Positions 37,101 to 47,400 are shown, counted from the stretch's first letter. The stretch: 64,000 nucleotides of DNA from Ginglymostoma cirratum (GCA_024137785.1 JAHRHZ010000017.1:10355251-10419250), one strand, 5' to 3'. Numbers and translations are program-made. Notes: generated by a model from the sequence alone, not told the origin.

Positions 37101-40100
37101 TTTGCATAGTTGCAAAATCTGTTGCAAGACATTTGACGTCTAAACAGGCATAGAACATGAAAATGTAAGATGACAGCGTGTGAAGTAAATGTCAGCATGA
37201 CCTACACAAGATCCATTAACAATAATGTCAACACTGTTAAAAAACAAAAAGGTAGAGAGTACTGGCTTCACTTTCAGAACAAGGCCACATGGTTAGGTGT
37301 CAGGGACAGACAGGTTTTATTTCATGACTTATCTGTGGGACTAACCTTTGAAATATTTCGTATCTGCTTGGATGATGGCACTTCCATTTGTGTTTGAAAC
37401 AAGTTAAGCAGAGTAATGTTTTGGTGATAATCTTACCAGTAAGCTTTACGTTAAGAACTACATGCCTTGTAATTCTAAAAGCGGTCTTTCATAAGAGTTT
37501 TCAAAATGACTAATGTTAAGAGATCTATGACGGGAATTTCCTTGCACCAAAGGTTTGACATTCTCCCATTCTTTTTCCAATCCCTTTTATGCTCTTCTTT
37601 GCTAAAGATTATAATTCATGCTCCAGTACACCTCCACCTACACTGGTAGCCGTAAACTTCACCACATGATCGCTCTTCACATTCCAGTTTGCACCCTGAA
37701 GGTCAGGGAACCATTAAATCATAGAAGCCATTACAACCAAACCCCATTGTTTCTCCATTCAATGTACACAACTACGCATCAGTAGAGGCTCAGTGAAAAT
37801 TAGAAGTGAAATCCTTCCTGACTTTGTACTTCTTTCCCCAACAGGACAGTAATGTTTGTTATAGCACACTCACCATTATCCAAGGTTGTTTAGGCTAACT
37901 CAGATTTTGTTTCACTTTATAGTTTAATTATAGTTTTGTGTATGGAAAGCTGTAAAAGGTAGCTCAAAGCTTTCTCCTCACCATTGCCATTTGTATTCAG
38001 AGATGAGTAATATGGAACAATGATAGCCTCATGCTTTCTTGTTAGGGGAGCGGAGACTGACATCCTATCCGGAGTAATGATATGTCAGATGTTTTCTCCC
38101 TCCTCCTCCTGCTGCTATAAACAGCTTGTCCTCTTTGCTGCCCCTGCTCCATCTCCTTGTGATGCTGCAGCCTGACAGGAACGGTAACTACAGCCGCAAC
38201 ATAAGGAGCACGTGGTGCCACTCAGAGGCCTTTCACAAGGTCTTCTATAGACTCAGTACCACTCCCTTCAGTTAATGAGCTTCTGCCAACTTCTCTAATG
38301 ACACAGTACTACAACCACATCCACAGCAATGTAGTCAAAAACACATCTAACGGAAGTGGATAGGTGATGTTGTTAAATAGCGCTGTTGGGAGAGGTGGCA
38401 GGGGGGAGGAGTGGGATGGCAGCGTGCCCGTGATGCAGCTGAATAGATGGAAAGTGGCATATGGCTAAAAGGAGGACATTAAATGTACCAAACAGGGCCA
38501 AAATAGCAAAAGAGTGCAGAACCAGCATCAGACACTGGCTAGCATCACGATCTGCCAATTCTATGCACTTCTGTGATATACATGGGACACGCATTGCTGT
38601 TGGTCTTCAAAATATGATATTAACATGGCCAGCATTGGGCACAGATGGGAACAAACCCCCGCTAAAACCAGCTGTCATGCCTTGTCTGGATTTCCTTCCA
38701 TCAATCCTTCCAGCCTGAGCTACTGATAACACCTGGGGAGGGTGTTACCACTTTGCCAGGAAGGCTCATTCTTAATGAACAATGATATATTATATATTCC
38801 TTAGTAGCTAGTTATATTACCTCTGACGTACACAACTGTATCACAAGAAACAATCAGGCCTAATTTAAGACTGAGTCTATTTTAGCTACATTCTGTTCAA
38901 AGGGAGAATAATCACCAAAGCATACCCTGGAGATGGGAGAACTGATATAGTCACCATAGTCCTACTGGACCATAGGGCTGTTCATCAGAGAGAGACGATT
39001 GGTGATGGTTTGACCGGACGGTCATCGCACCTCAAGCAAGGGGAGAGATTGAGAACCTCATGGTAACCTCATTCAGTGTAGGACTTGAACCCACGCTTTT
39101 GGTCTTACTCTGTATCATGAACCAGCCATTCAGCCAACTGAGCTTACAGACTCCCAGAGGTAATATTGCCATCTTCTTACCAGACCATAGGACTGCTCGC
39201 TCATTAGAGAGAAACATTTGATGGTGGTTTAAACTGAGGGTCACCACGCCTCAAGTGAGGGGAGAGGTTGGGAAGGAAAATCCTTTATGGCTACCTCAGC
39301 TGGTGTGGGTATTGAACCCATGCTGTTGGTGTCACAAACTAGTTGTCCAGCCAACTGAGCTAAATCAATCTCGTGGTCTGTTCCTTCCATGAGCAGTCCT
39401 TGATATTCTGATGGGCAGAGCTTACATTGTCATGTTTGTTAACCCTTTCAGGTTCTGACTGACTTGTACAACAACTAAATGTCAGCTTTTGAGTATCTGC
39501 TGTCTGTGTTGCATGCTTATGACTATTTGGTTCCTAGAAGTGTTGTCATCCAATGAAATGCAGGAGCTTTGATACACTGCTCCAGTATTCTAATTGGTCC
39601 AGGAGAACCGTGCAACTTGTGGATAGAGGACTCAGCAAATTACAGGAACTGGATGGAAATAGAGTCAAAATAACTGTAGATGTCAGAGGGCCTAATAAAA
39701 GATCTCCATTACCTGAGGCAGTAGCTGTTGGTAATGATTCTTTTGTCAGTATTTGTAGCTGTTCCAAGCCCATCATTTGTTAATCATGCAAGTCTGGGAT
39801 TTTTCATGAGAAAAGTTAGAAATGTTTTCAAATCGTAAGGCAAAAGGGAAGAGAGGCGAGATTAAACAACGATAGGAGTTGGTGTTACAAGGCCAAAGGG
39901 AGTCGTAATGAGATGAAAGAAGAAAACAAAGTATCTGTGGAAATGTGAAAGGGAGAAGGATGAACAGTAATCATCCAATAGCAGAGAAAGAAAAAAAAGA
40001 CAACAAAAGTCAACCTGCAAATAAAGCGACACAAAATGAAGAAAGAGGCTACATTCTGAGATTGTTGATGTCAGTGTTGAATCCTGAATGTTGTTAAGTA

Positions 40101-41704
40101 CCTAACTGAAAGATGAAGTTTGCACAGAGCTATATTGAAATACTGCACAAAAGGATCATAAGAAAAAGGAGCGGGGCAGGCCATTTGTTTCCCTCAGCCT
40201 ATTCCATTATTTGATAAAATCTTTGATATGATTGCAACTTCACTTCAGCTTCTTGACTATCTCCCATAACTCTCAACTTTCTTGTCAAAAGTTTGAACAC
40301 ACTCAAGGCTGAGCTAGACAATGTTCCAGCTTCCACTGCTCTCAGGGTAGGAGAATTCTAAACTCTAATGACCCTCAAGAGAATAATTTCTCTTCATTTC
40401 CATCTTAAATGGAATGTCCCTTATTTTCAAACAGTGCCCAACTCCCAAGTTCCAGAATTCTCCACAAGGATAGGAGACATTATTCCAGCATCAAATCTAG
40501 CAAGCCCTCAGCATCAGATGTTTCAATAAGACTGCCCCACGCCCTTCTAAACTCCTATGAATGCTTCACCTTGCATCACACAACCCCACATTATCTCAGG
40601 AATCAGCACTGTGAACGATCTCCGAACTGCTTCCATATAAAATATACCTTCCTTAAGCAAGGAGATCAATTGTACACAGCTCTCCAGATGCAATTAGTTC
40701 AGGTTCTGTCTAGTTGTAGCAACTCTTATTCTCCACTCCCTTTGCATTGAAGGCCACACTCTAATTGCTTCCCCAGTGAGGCTGCTGTAACTACAAGATA
40801 GCTTTTAGTGATTCGTGTACCAGGACCTCCAGATCTATCTGTGCCACAAATTTCTGCCTTCTCTCTTGATTTAAATATGGAGTCTTTATCCATAACAGCA
40901 CAATGGCTCCAGGAACCCTTGGTGCCAGCTGGCCACAATAGACCATGGGCAGTCTCCATGCGCACACATGCCAATGATGTCCCAAGGCTGGGATTGAAGT
41001 GGTAAGTCATTGCCCATCTTCTTAGGACCAGCCACACCACAAGATCTATTACTAAATGTACACTAAGTAAATTGCGCTTAACTAACGTCATGGTTATTAT
41101 ATGATAACTAAGACCCAAATTCCCAAATTATACTTAACTAATTTAATGCTTATTATATGATAATTAAGACCATTGAACATAACTCATACAATAACAATTA
41201 CAGACACTGATTCAAAGGTACATTTGTAAATACGTTTTCAGTTCCTTCAAAACTCATTCAGGCATAAAGCACATTGAAGATTCATGGTACCTCTTTATTG
41301 TTTGGAAGCTATTTATTATTGTATAGTCACTATTATTACGGTAGGATCTAATTACTTTTCTACAAAATTTATGTTTCAACTTTGATATTTAAATCATGGC
41401 GTACAATAAATCTAATGTGCTTTTGGAATACAAAGTAAAATCAACACAATAAAAATCATAAAAATGTACAGCTGGATTGAAAGAACTATGGATTTATTTT
41501 TTTTTAAACTTACGGTAAAGAAGCAAAGAGAAAACAGCAAATTGAGGCAAGTCCTAGAACTGCACTCCAGAGTTCCCAAAGATTCTGCACACATTCTTCC
41601 ATCACAGAAGATATCCAACTTTCATTTCCACATAACAGACCATTCTTTCCCACAGTGGCATTGGATTCATGGTAATTCTTCGAAAATTGGAGTAAAACTC
41701 TCAT
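1023..41704 (-). CDS. SLC66A1L: PQ-loop lysosomal amino acid transporter 1 homolog-like gene (SLC66A1L/PQLC2L-like), 7 coding exons, ~313-320 aa
   Basis: Exons joined by hand: 41704-41514, 33772-33643, 28264-28177 (or -28156), 8881-8763, 8651-8556, 8034-7849, 1154-1023. Phases (2,0,1,0,0,0) are consistent and there is no internal stop. Two PQ motifs (SLP|QMY; [10 protein letters not shown]), about 7 hydrophobic segments, N-terminal C..W..EC motif, C-terminal EGAPLL. The choice of paralog (1L vs SLC66A1) rests on recalled motif similarity. Confidence 0.85.
2030..4360 (+). mobile_element. Old CR1 LINE relic (ORF1 esterase region and ORF2 endonuclease/linker)
   Basis: Degenerate similarity to the CR1 at 29.3-33.1 kb (C..C..W finger near 2115, H.GTN motif near 2690, gtaataatctc-like motifs); many stops. 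Boundaries approximate. Confidence 0.7.
4780..4995 (+). mobile_element. Possible PIF/Harbinger Myb/SANT-like ORF exon relic
   Basis: After ...cattgcag| it reads, with frameshifts, ERAQTGDG...EERFLDLV, resembling the RERAQTGGG...EE C-terminal motif of Harbinger Myb-like proteins; GC-richer surroundings 4480-5900. Confidence 0.35.
6850..7480 (+). mobile_element. CR1 RT fragment, highly decayed
   Basis: HGF.KG.SC..NL.EFF-like (7030-7082) and FQK.F.KVP-like (7132-7160) motifs. Confidence 0.7.
7849..8034 (-). CDS. SLC66A1L: Coding exon 6 ([28 protein letters not shown]...[18 protein letters not shown])
   Basis: 186 bp, TTGCAG| and |GTATCC; RKSTEG.S, GN..YG.S and WLIGS.G family motifs. Confidence 0.95.
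8556..8651 (-). CDS. SLC66A1L: Coding exon 5 ([32 protein letters not shown])
   Basis: 96 bp, TTTCAG| and |GTGAGT; second PQ motif. Confidence 0.93.
8763..8881 (-). CDS. SLC66A1L: Coding exon 4 ([39 protein letters not shown])
   Basis: Polypyrimidine-TTTCAG acceptor, AGG|GTTTGT donor, 119 bp bridging phase 1 to phase 0, hydrophobic helix. Not in the ORF track in this frame. Confidence 0.8.
9215..10965 (+). mobile_element. Penelope-like element 3' part (GIY-YIG endonuclease, internal microsatellite, terminal repeat)
   Basis: [24 protein letters not shown] motif at 9340-9410; terminal segment 10790-10960 shared with 17.4-17.7 kb and 60.1-60.4 kb. Confidence 0.8.
9630..10430. repeat. Compound (CA)n/(CT)n low-complexity microsatellite
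   Basis: About 800 bp of interspersed cacaca/ctctct; explains the His/Thr/Ser/Leu-rich ORFs. Confidence 0.97.
11218..11342 (+). mobile_element. Penelope-like element terminal-repeat fragment
   Basis: Near identical to 49106-49228 (aagggtctaggcccgaaacgtcaagctttcctgctcc...). Confidence 0.85.
13144..13254 (+). mobile_element. Short retroposed tail element with 16-bp TSD
   Basis: taacccttttctaagt at 13128-13143 and 13255-13270; related copies near 35690-35790 (-), 47410-47520 (+), 61630-61665 (-). Confidence 0.8.
13975..14893 (-). mobile_element. CR1 LINE 3' fragment inserted in the Gypsy gag relic
   Basis: DDTK.., W...[20 protein letters not shown] motifs in the minus ORFs; CR1 3' tail. Confidence 0.9.
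15860..16740 (+). mobile_element. LINE 3' fragment (CR1/L2 group, second family)
   Basis: RT C-terminal remnants and a tail (gggcaattaggga..caataaatg) shared with 36880-37020, 44580-44650 and 51310-51870 (-). Confidence 0.75.
17372..17710. mobile_element. Inverted pair of Penelope-like terminal repeats
   Basis: 17372-17495 is the reverse complement of ~17545-17676; flanked by cattgctg(t/g)tcag at 17359-17371 and 17711-17723. Confidence 0.85.
17585..17623 (+). ncRNA. Minimal hammerhead ribozyme motif
   Basis: AACAC-CTGAAGA-A-GGA-ctgtgga-TCC-GAAA-GCTT-GTGTT: 5-bp stem I, palindromic AAGCTT. Confidence 0.65.
18360..18695 (+). mobile_element. HE1-like tRNA-derived V-SINE
   Basis: A box tggctcaatggttag, V-domain (cccacagtccaaagatgtgcagg..ggattggcca.gctaaatt), CR1-type tail. 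Confidence 0.88.
19621..22010 (+). mobile_element. Penelope-like element (RT + GIY-YIG) with inverted 5' portion and 14-bp TSD
   Basis: RT motifs MDVQSLYT (minus part) and YIDD (plus part); [21 protein letters not shown]; acaaaaatgcctga at 19607-19620 and 22011-22024; frameshifts and stops. Confidence 0.92.
22495..23030. mobile_element. Third Penelope-like family: endonuclease remnant on minus with inverted terminal repeats
   Basis: Minus strand encodes GHQFNWDN....QA..RE.LEA-like C-terminus; 22530-22665 is an inverted copy of ~22895-23030. Confidence 0.8.
22571..22610 (-). ncRNA. Minimal hammerhead ribozyme motif
   Basis: TCA-CTGATGA-T-GTCA-cctagcatga-TGAC-GAAA-CGTC-TGA: stems I and II plus intact core. 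Confidence 0.75.
23225..23800 (+). mobile_element. CR1 LINE 3' fragment
   Basis: [24 protein letters not shown] motif and CR1 tail. Confidence 0.88.
24040..24660 (+). mobile_element. Rex1/Babar-like LINE 3' fragment
   Basis: [22 protein letters not shown] and LPSGRRYRS....T.RFKNSFFP; (aaatc)n tail. Confidence 0.85.
24860..25240 (-). mobile_element. CR1 LINE 3' fragment
   Basis: Reverse complement of the CR1 tail (gagaattccac..ttcaccaccct.tgagtgaagaaatttctcctc). Confidence 0.8.
25240..26945 (-). mobile_element. Rex1/Babar-like LINE fragment (RT)
   Basis: Same C-terminal motifs as 24040-24660, plus DYSSAFNTI (~26370-26340) and YKFAD (~26115-26100) RT motifs. Confidence 0.88.
28156..28264 (-). 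CDS. SLC66A1L: Coding exon 3 ([29 protein letters not shown][SKQYFIL])
   Basis: TTACAG| acceptor. Two same-phase donors: GCAAGC after 28177 (88 bp exon) and GTAAGT after 28156 (109 bp exon). Confidence 0.88.
29330..33138 (+). mobile_element. Near full-length decayed CR1 LINE (ORF1 esterase, ORF2 APE + RT)
   Basis: VIG.S and PGA.V esterase motifs; YFNAR, ITETWL, VGDF endonuclease motifs; PQGSVLG and FADDTK RT motifs; many stops and frameshifts. Confidence 0.93.
33390..33565 (+). mobile_element. Truncated HE1-like SINE
   Basis: V-domain match (gtttcctc.gggtgctcc.gtttcctcccacagtc.aaagatgtg). Confidence 0.8.
33643..33772 (-). CDS. SLC66A1L: Coding exon 2 ([43 protein letters not shown])
   Basis: 130 bp, TTTAG| acceptor and CAG|GTAAAT donor; completes the first PQ motif; W..GD..N..G family motif. 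Confidence 0.93.
38947..39363 (-). mobile_element. Tandem pair of tRNA-derived SINEs
   Basis: Two diverged ~200-bp units, each starting on minus with AGCTCAGTTGG (A box) followed by GGTTCAA (B box). Confidence 0.75.
40160..40880 (-). mobile_element. Old CR1 3' fragment
   Basis: Decayed reverse complement of the CR1 tail and ORF2 end. Confidence 0.7.
41514..41704 (-). CDS. SLC66A1L: Coding exon 1 (MRVLLQ...[40 protein letters not shown]); whole exon incl. 5'UTR 41514-41845
   Basis: Acceptor (T)n-CAG with AG at 41847-41846; in-frame upstream TGA at 41833-41831; first in-frame ATG at 41704 (A at -3); donor CC|GTAAGT at 41513; N-glycosylation sequons NAT and NES. Confidence 0.85.
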
Positions 41705-42279
41705 GATGTTAATAGAGGAAAACGAGAGATGGGCGACTGCAGTATCCTGATCCTGGACCTTGCTCCAGGAACTTGTCTCTTTATAGTTAGTCACTGAGAT
41801 CTTATCAGCTGAACAGATCCTGTTGCAGTTTCAACATGAGTCACCCTGAAAAAAAAAACGCCTTTGCATTAGTTCAGATCTAAAATTTAACTTGACTTGA
41901 ATCATTTCCATGAAAAATCATCATAAATTCAGAAAAGGATGTTATCCCTCACAGATATGAACAAGAACAAGTAGAAGGCCCAGTCAAAGAATTTAAAAAG
42001 TTACATAGAGTGCAATAACAAATAAAAATGGGCACTGGCCCAACCAGTCTGTACATATGTTTGTTTTTCATTGTAAAGTGGCTGACTCCTATGTACTTGC
42101 TGTGTTCTGATATCATTTTCGTTCCAACGCCTGTCTAATCCATTATTCAATAACTTTGCACATTTCAGAGCACCTCAATGCTCCGCCTAAAAATATTCTT
42201 TTCACTGCGATTTCCAAACTATCTTATATTAAATTATATAACTCTGTAACATCCGTCACTGGAAACAGTGTAATTCTAT

Positions 42280-44345
42280 AACATTGAATCATTGAACCAC
42301 GGAAAAGGGCTTTTGGTTTATCAAGCTTGGAACGTCAAAAAGTACTCTACTTCTTCAATGGGCCCACATTCCAAAACTTGGCCCATAGCTTTGAATGTTC
42401 TCTTGTGCTCTTCCAAGTACTTTTTGAAGGTTGTGAGGTAGCCCGCCCCAACTATCTTCCCAGCAGTGCACTCCAGGTTCCCACCATTCTGTGAGTGAAA
42501 GACTTTTCCTCAAATCCCCTCTAAACCTCCAGTCTTTCACCTTGAAATGATCCTCCTTTGTTACTGATCCTTCAACTAAGAACAGCTACTTTCTATCCAC
42601 CCTGTGCATGTCCCTTATAATCTTATACACCTCGGTCAGGATCCCCTTGCTGATATAGGAACAGGAGTAGGCCATTCAGCCCCTCGAGCCTGCTCTACCA
42701 TTCAATAAGATCATGGCTGATCTATGACCTAACTCCATATGCTTGCCTTGGCCCAAAATCCCTTGACAACCCAGCTTAATAAAAAAAAAATTGGCTCAGA
42801 TTTAAAGTTAACAACAGAATTAGCACCAACTGCCTTTTGAGGAAGGGAGTTCCAAACCTCTACTACTCTTTGCATGTAGAAATGCTTTCTAACATCTTCC
42901 CTAAATGGCCTGGCCTTAATCCTTAGTCTATGCTCCCTGGTTCTAGAATGTTCAACCTGTGGAACTAATTTATCTTTATTAACCCTGTCTCTCTTGGTTA
43001 ATATCCCAAAGACCTCAATTAGATCACCCCTTAACCTGCTAAATTCTCAAGAATAAAGGCCTAATTTGTCTAATCTCTCCTCACAACTTAACCCCCGAGT
43101 CCAGCTATCATCCTTGTAAACCTGCATTGAACTCCCTCCGTGGCCAAAACATCATTCCTAAGGTGTAACACAGTGTGGAGTTGGAGGAACACAGCAGGCC
43201 AGGCAGCCTCAGAGGAGCAGGAAAGCTGATGTTTCGGGTCAGAGCTCCAACCCCACCTCCGACTCAAAGCATCAGCTTTCCTGTTCCTCTCATGCTGCCT
43301 GGCCTGCTGTGTTCCTCCAGCTCCACTCTGTGTTATCTCTGACTCCAACATCAGCAGTTCTTACTATTCCTAAGGTGTGATGCCCATATCTGCTCACAGT
43401 ACTCCAAGTATGGTCTAACCAGTGTCTTGTATAACTGCAGCATTAACAACTGTATCCTGATACTTTATAGCCTTTTAGACATAAAGGCCAGCATTGCATT
43501 AGCCTTCTTGACTATTTTCTGCAACTGTTGGTGTGACATTTTAAGAGAAATGTGCACCTGAACCCCCAAATCTCATTGGAAATTCACATTCTATTTAACT
43601 TGGCGCCTTCCAAAAAAAAAACCCTGATCTATCCTTTCTCCGTCCGAAACGGATAACCTCACATTTGATTATATTAAAATCCATCTCCCACAGCTTTGCC
43701 CATCCATCTAATCTATTAATATCCTTATGTAATTCTATGTTGTCATCAAGACTGTCTACAAGTCCGCCCAATTTTGTGTCATCAGCAAATTTGGATATTT
43801 GACCTTTTATGCCATTATCGAAAGCATTAATAGATATCGTGAATAATTGAGGCCTCAACTCAGGTCCCAGTAGGACACCATTAATCATTTGTAAACCTGC
43901 ATTGAACTCCCTCCATGGCCAAAACGTCATTCCTAAGGTGTAACACAGTGTGGAGTTGGAGAACACAACAGGCCAGGCAGCCTCAGAGGAGCAGCCATTT
44001 TAAGTATATATCCATTATTCCAATTCCCTGTTTTCTGCCACTCAACCAATTTTCCATTCATGCTGATAATTTGCCCTCAATTGGATCTTCTCTGCTCCAC
44101 AGAAAACAGCCTGATCTTATTCATCCTCTCTTCATAGCTAAACTGCTCCATCCCAGGCAACATCCTAGTGAATTTCCTCCCAAACCCTCGAGAACAATCA
44201 CTACACACCATAATCCAGCTGTGGCCAACCAGTTTTGTACAGCCCCACCATAATTTCCCTGCTCTTATAATCAATGTCACATCTGATAAAGGCAACTGTC
44301 TCATGTGCCTTCATAACTACCCTGCTAATCTGTCCCGATACCTTC
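42280..44345 (-). mobile_element. Nested CR1 fragments with a Penelope-tail hairpin insertion at 43167-43365
   Basis: KFADDTKLGG at ~43790; a CR1 opened at ~42650 resumes at ~44085; TSD attcctaaggtgt at 43154-43166 and 43366-43378. Confidence 0.85.
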
Positions 44346-44359
44346 TGGGTGGAGAAAAG

Positions 44360-44650
44360 TGGGGAGGCGGTAGCCTTGTGGTATTATTACTGGACTATTA
44401 ATCCAGGACCCCTAGGTAATATTGTGAGGACCAAGGTTCAAATCCACCATGGCAGATGGTGGAATCGGGATTCAATAAAAACAAAATCTGGTGACCATGG
44501 CTCCATTGTCAATTGTCAGGAACATCTATCTGGTTCACTAATGTCCTTCACGAGAGGAAATTGCCCTCCTTACCCAGTCTAGGCAATTAGGAATGGGCAA
44601 TAAATGCTGGCCTAGCCAGTGATGCCCTCATACTGTGAATGAAAAAAAGC
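44360..44650 (+). mobile_element. tRNA-derived SINE sharing its 3' tail with the LINE at 15860-16740
   Basis: B box ggttcaaatcc at ~44435; tail ggcaattagg.atgggcaataaatgctggcc; A-rich end. Confidence 0.78.
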
Positions 44651-44824
44651 CTAAAGATCCCTCTGTTCTTCCGAGCTTCCTAGTGTTCTTCCATTCATTG
44701 AGTATTCCCTTGTCTTGTTACTTCTACCTGTCCCATCACTTCATCATTTGAACAGCTAGTAACTCACTCTGTAAAGTCTTCTCTTGCACAAAAAGCAGCA
44801 GGTTTTAATTTTCCTATTGTATTA

Positions 44825-45140
44825 GAACAGAATCCCTACAGTTTGGAAACAGGCCCTTCGGCCCAACAAGTTCACACCGACCCTTGGAGCATCCCATCCA
44901 GACCCATTCCCTTATAACTCATCTCAGCTACACATCCCTTAACACTATGGGCAACTTAGCATGGCCAATCCACCTAACCTGCACATCTTTGGACTGTGGG
45001 TGGAAACCAGAGCACCCAGAGGAAACCCACGCAGACACGTGGAGAATGTGCAAACTCCACACAGACAGGGGGTGGAATCGAACCCGGGTCCCTGGCGCTG
45101 TGAGGCAGCAGTGCTAACCATTGAGCCCCCATGCCACCCA
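44825..45140 (-). mobile_element. HE1-like V-SINE
   Basis: Reverse complement of the 18360-18695 family, with A/B boxes (ggttcgattcc). Confidence 0.9.
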
Positions 45141-47049
45141 CTTATTAGTATCATAATTCTTCAATAAAGGTCTTAAGCCCTACATATCAGAAAGGGCTAA
45201 GTTTTTTTTCCCATGACTGTGCAAGGTCATGGGTTGGCACATGGTTTTAGTTCAATTCTTAGCTCAAAGTACACATCAGAACATGAGGTCCTGTTCCCGA
45301 CTGCCATCAGATGAATCCATTTTGGAAGTGCCAGTATTTAAACAGAGCTGGGTTCAAATTTGACACTGGTGCCTTGTATCTGGGTGAAATAACTGCACAG
45401 AGGCAGATGTCCCATCACTACGTCACCCTTTATTTACTAGGGCACAGTAACACTGACTGTGGCCAGCTAGCTCCAATTCAGTCCTCAATTGAGGAGATTC
45501 TAATCGCCTGGTTACTGCTTTTTTTTAAAAATGATCATTCTCCTGGTTATATTGGTCAGCTAAGGTTTTCCTGATTGGCCCAGATTAACAACCCCAATCA
45601 AAACCTTGTAGTTAACGGGGTCCATCTGGTACCAATCACTGCACTAGATTAGTAGATGACAAACAGCCCAGATTTAGGGAGACAGTAACATTCTAATCAT
45701 AATCACAAACAAGATCCTGCATGTCATGGCTGTGGAGCATTCCTTTTCTTTTGTAAAGGCTTCATTGAGTCCGTGAACTTCAACCAGATGCTGATAGAAG
45801 TACATCTAACCGAATGCCATGGATGAGGAGGAGTGGGCGGGAAAAACAACAACACTATTTATTTCATTTTGTTGAAAATAAAAGTGTGGATAGAATTGAG
45901 CTCAACTGTACTTTTATGGCCTATCAGCATTCAGTGGCTTGTGCCCAAATGAAAGAAGCTTTACAGAAGATACCAAAGGCTGAATAGAGCCCCTGAAACT
46001 GTACTCCAGCAAGGGGTTGGTCAGTGCCTAAGAAGGTGATGGCAGAAGGCTGGAAATTGGTGGAAAATATTTTCAGTTGGTGAATGCATAAATGGGAAAA
46101 TTACTTTGTGACTATTTTTACTACTTACTGTATTTTTAATAAGTTACTCGAAAAGAAAAATTGTTGTATTCTAATTTAGCTTTTACTATTTGAAGAATTA
46201 GGATATTACTATTTTTCCCACTTGCTTCACCACGGTCAATTACAATTACCCACTTTGTGTTTGGCCAGGCCCACTCAGTTCCAAACATGATTTGCAGTAT
46301 TGGGCCAAGACAAGGGCAAAAGAGGTGAATTCCAAGGTGTGGTGATAGTGACAGCCCTTGACATCAAGGCAGCATTTGATAAAGTGTAGCATCAGGGACT
46401 CTAGGAAAAAGGAAGTCATTTACAATCAGAAGGAAGTAAAGACATACCTAGCTCAAAGGAAGGTATTTAGTTGTTATGATGATCAGGAATGAACTGTCTG
46501 ACTTTGGAAAAGAACCCACTTGGCCCAAATGGATCTGAACAGACCGAAAAGGTAAGATTTCTTTTCCAAAGCACCTGAACTCAGTGGGTTTACAGGACTG
46601 TTCAGGTCCATTCTTTTGAAAAGACCTTCAGTTTTTAGGGCAGGTAAAGTATAACTGACCTGTAATTAAAAGGAGCAAAAATTACAGTGCTATGTGCAAG
46701 TGGCAGGGAAGTAGGACAAATTGAGGGGCTCTCATATAGAGCTGGGACAGGAACAAGGGGCCAAATGGCCTCCTCTGAGCTGTATCATTCTATGGTCCTA
46801 GAAATGATAACAGCAAGTGACAATGCTAGCCAGCTGCAGCCTTAGCCTGCTTCTAGCATGCATTGTTTATGGGATAATGTCACAGCGGAAAATCCTCTAA
46901 ACAACCATCTCAAAAAACACAGCCTCCAATTCAGCTGTTCCAGGGCTCACCGGCAGAATCATTTCTGTTTGTTGGGTTTCCTTTGCCTTCAGTTTTTCTG
47001 CAGGTTCTTAAAAGTCTCATCAGCCTTGGCAAGGGCTCCTAAGTGACAA

Positions 47050-47400
47050 AATAAAAAGACTTTATATTACTTCTTCCATGACCACAGAATGTCCCAAAGC
47101 GATTAATGGTAAATCAACTACTTCTGTTGTATCTCTGTCGTAATTTGGGAAAACGGTAGCCTGTTAGCACACAGGAAGCTCCATTAAACAAATAGTTATG
47201 TGACAATCATCAGTTAATTGGATTTTGTGACATTGACTGAAGGATCAATATTGGCAAGCGTACTGGGGAATCAAATTCCTGTTCCTCATCAAAACAACAC
47301 CATGGGATCCTTAACATCTCAGACGAACCTTAACTCATCTAAAAGACATCGCCTCCAACAGTTCAGCATTACTGTGTCAACCTTGAATTTTCCAACCAAC
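47050..47400 (-). mobile_element. DeuSINE-like (SacSINE1/AmnSINE1-type) relic; second copy ~55550-55835
   Basis: gtcccaaagc...gcacacag.aagctcc...ccatgggatc.ttaacat pattern present in both copies; family name from recall. Confidence 0.55.

Noticed and set aside
35900-38720. GC-richer blocks that might be Harbinger transposase relics
   Set aside because: No catalytic motif could be read convincingly.
39100-39363. tRNA-like A/B boxes
   Set aside because: No complete cloverleaf; these are SINE heads, not tRNA genes.
45380-45642. Possible solo LTR (gtcaccctttatttac motif)
   Set aside because: Ends and TSD could not be defined by eye.
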